Source of the DNA: an uncultured bacterium
GTDB taxonomy: Bacteria; Bacillota; Clostridia; Oscillospirales; Acutalibacteraceae
NCBI GenBank assembly: GCA_945949625.1
Contig: CAMFFI010000001.1
Coordinates: forward strand, 1-34,455
Length of the DNA stretch: 34,455 bases
Direction: 5' to 3'
Shown here: positions 34,074 through 34,455 of the stretch, piece by piece
Position numbering within the stretch: the stretch's first letter is position 1
How the letters are laid out: every line of letters starts with the position of its first letter
Notes under the pieces: model-generated
Told to the model about the DNA's origin: nothing
Database searches by the model: none
The model's input: only the letters and a program-made list of their open reading frames with translations
Position numbers and translations under genes: made by a program

Positions 34074-34340
34074 AAATAACTCCTCCCGAAAATTCTGATA
34101 AATTCGGCTTCGTCCCAGCCGTAGTTCTCCATAGCCTGTTTTTGCGCCCATTTACGCAGTGCAAGCATATTTTCAGCGTTAAAGTGCACTCCGTCCGGCG
34201 GCTCGTTGTGGCACTCGTGACAGAGGTTCACAACAAGCCCGTATTTCTCCGAAAGGCTCCGGTTAGCCCCACCGAAAATGTGCCTAATGATGGCGCTCCA
34301 AATTGCCGTACTTTCCGCACAATTCGCAGTGCCCCATCAT
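34070..34340 (-). CDS. HNH-like / His-Me-finger protein interrupted by 7 nt (recoded or pseudogene)
   Basis: CELCG...ERHH* in frame 0; HIFGGANR...LCHECH...FIRIFGRSYL in the +1 frame. Confidence 0.75.
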
Positions 34341-34344
34341 ATAA

Positions 34345-34455
34345 TCACTCCCTTTCGTCCTCCGCGAATCTGTATCTTGCATATGTTACAGGCTCGCCGT
34401 TTTGGTTTTTTGAGTGCTCAAATTCACGCACAATGCCGTAACCCATTGCCTTTAT
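34345..34455 (-). CDS. Partial CDS (C-terminus), winged-HTH (HTH_39-like)
   Basis: ...GYGI...NQNGEPVTYARYRF; open to the window edge. Confidence 0.6.
   Translation of the reverse strand: MKAMGYGIVREFEHSKNQNGEPVTYARYRFAEDERE

Noticed and set aside
34284-34286. UAG-recoded genetic code (code 15) as the explanation for the internal stop
   Set aside because: Readthrough would not correct the frame, all long genes are intact in code 11, and TAG serves as a normal stop at 661-663

Overview
This 34.5-kb window is entirely bacteriophage DNA, most consistent with a short-tailed (P22-like virion) phage of a low-GC Firmicutes/Clostridia-type host (strong AGGAGG RBSs, sigmaA-type promoters). Nearly all genes are on the minus strand. 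From the left end: a Sak/Rad52 recombinase and HTH genes; a lysis module (M23 endolysin, LL-H-type holin); a 2229-aa ejection/polyvalent-type protein; adaptor, portal, tail fibres, tail nozzle, major capsid, scaffold and terminases; a divergent plus-strand cassette of small early genes (about 23.55-25.9 kb); then RinA-like activator, MazG-like, GH73, RusA, C5 methyltransferase and SSB genes. No integrase, DNA polymerase or reverse transcriptase is visible. Main observations: (1) a complete type I hammerhead ribozyme with a loop-II pseudoknot at 24208-24282, with related leader repeats in the same cassette; (2) an HNH-like gene split by CAT-TAG-G-CAC, the geometry of a His-to-His 7-nt ribosomal stop-hop; (3) a phi29 p6-like gene ending CTT-TAA with an open +1 frame, next to a repeat-flanked cassette; (4) a degenerate tRNA plus an armless mini-tRNA in front of terS; (5) a circularly permuted methyltransferase with a nested out-of-frame gene; (6) a DnaA-box-like origin; (7) a displaced portal gene. 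All protein calls come from motif recognition by eye; no database search was run.
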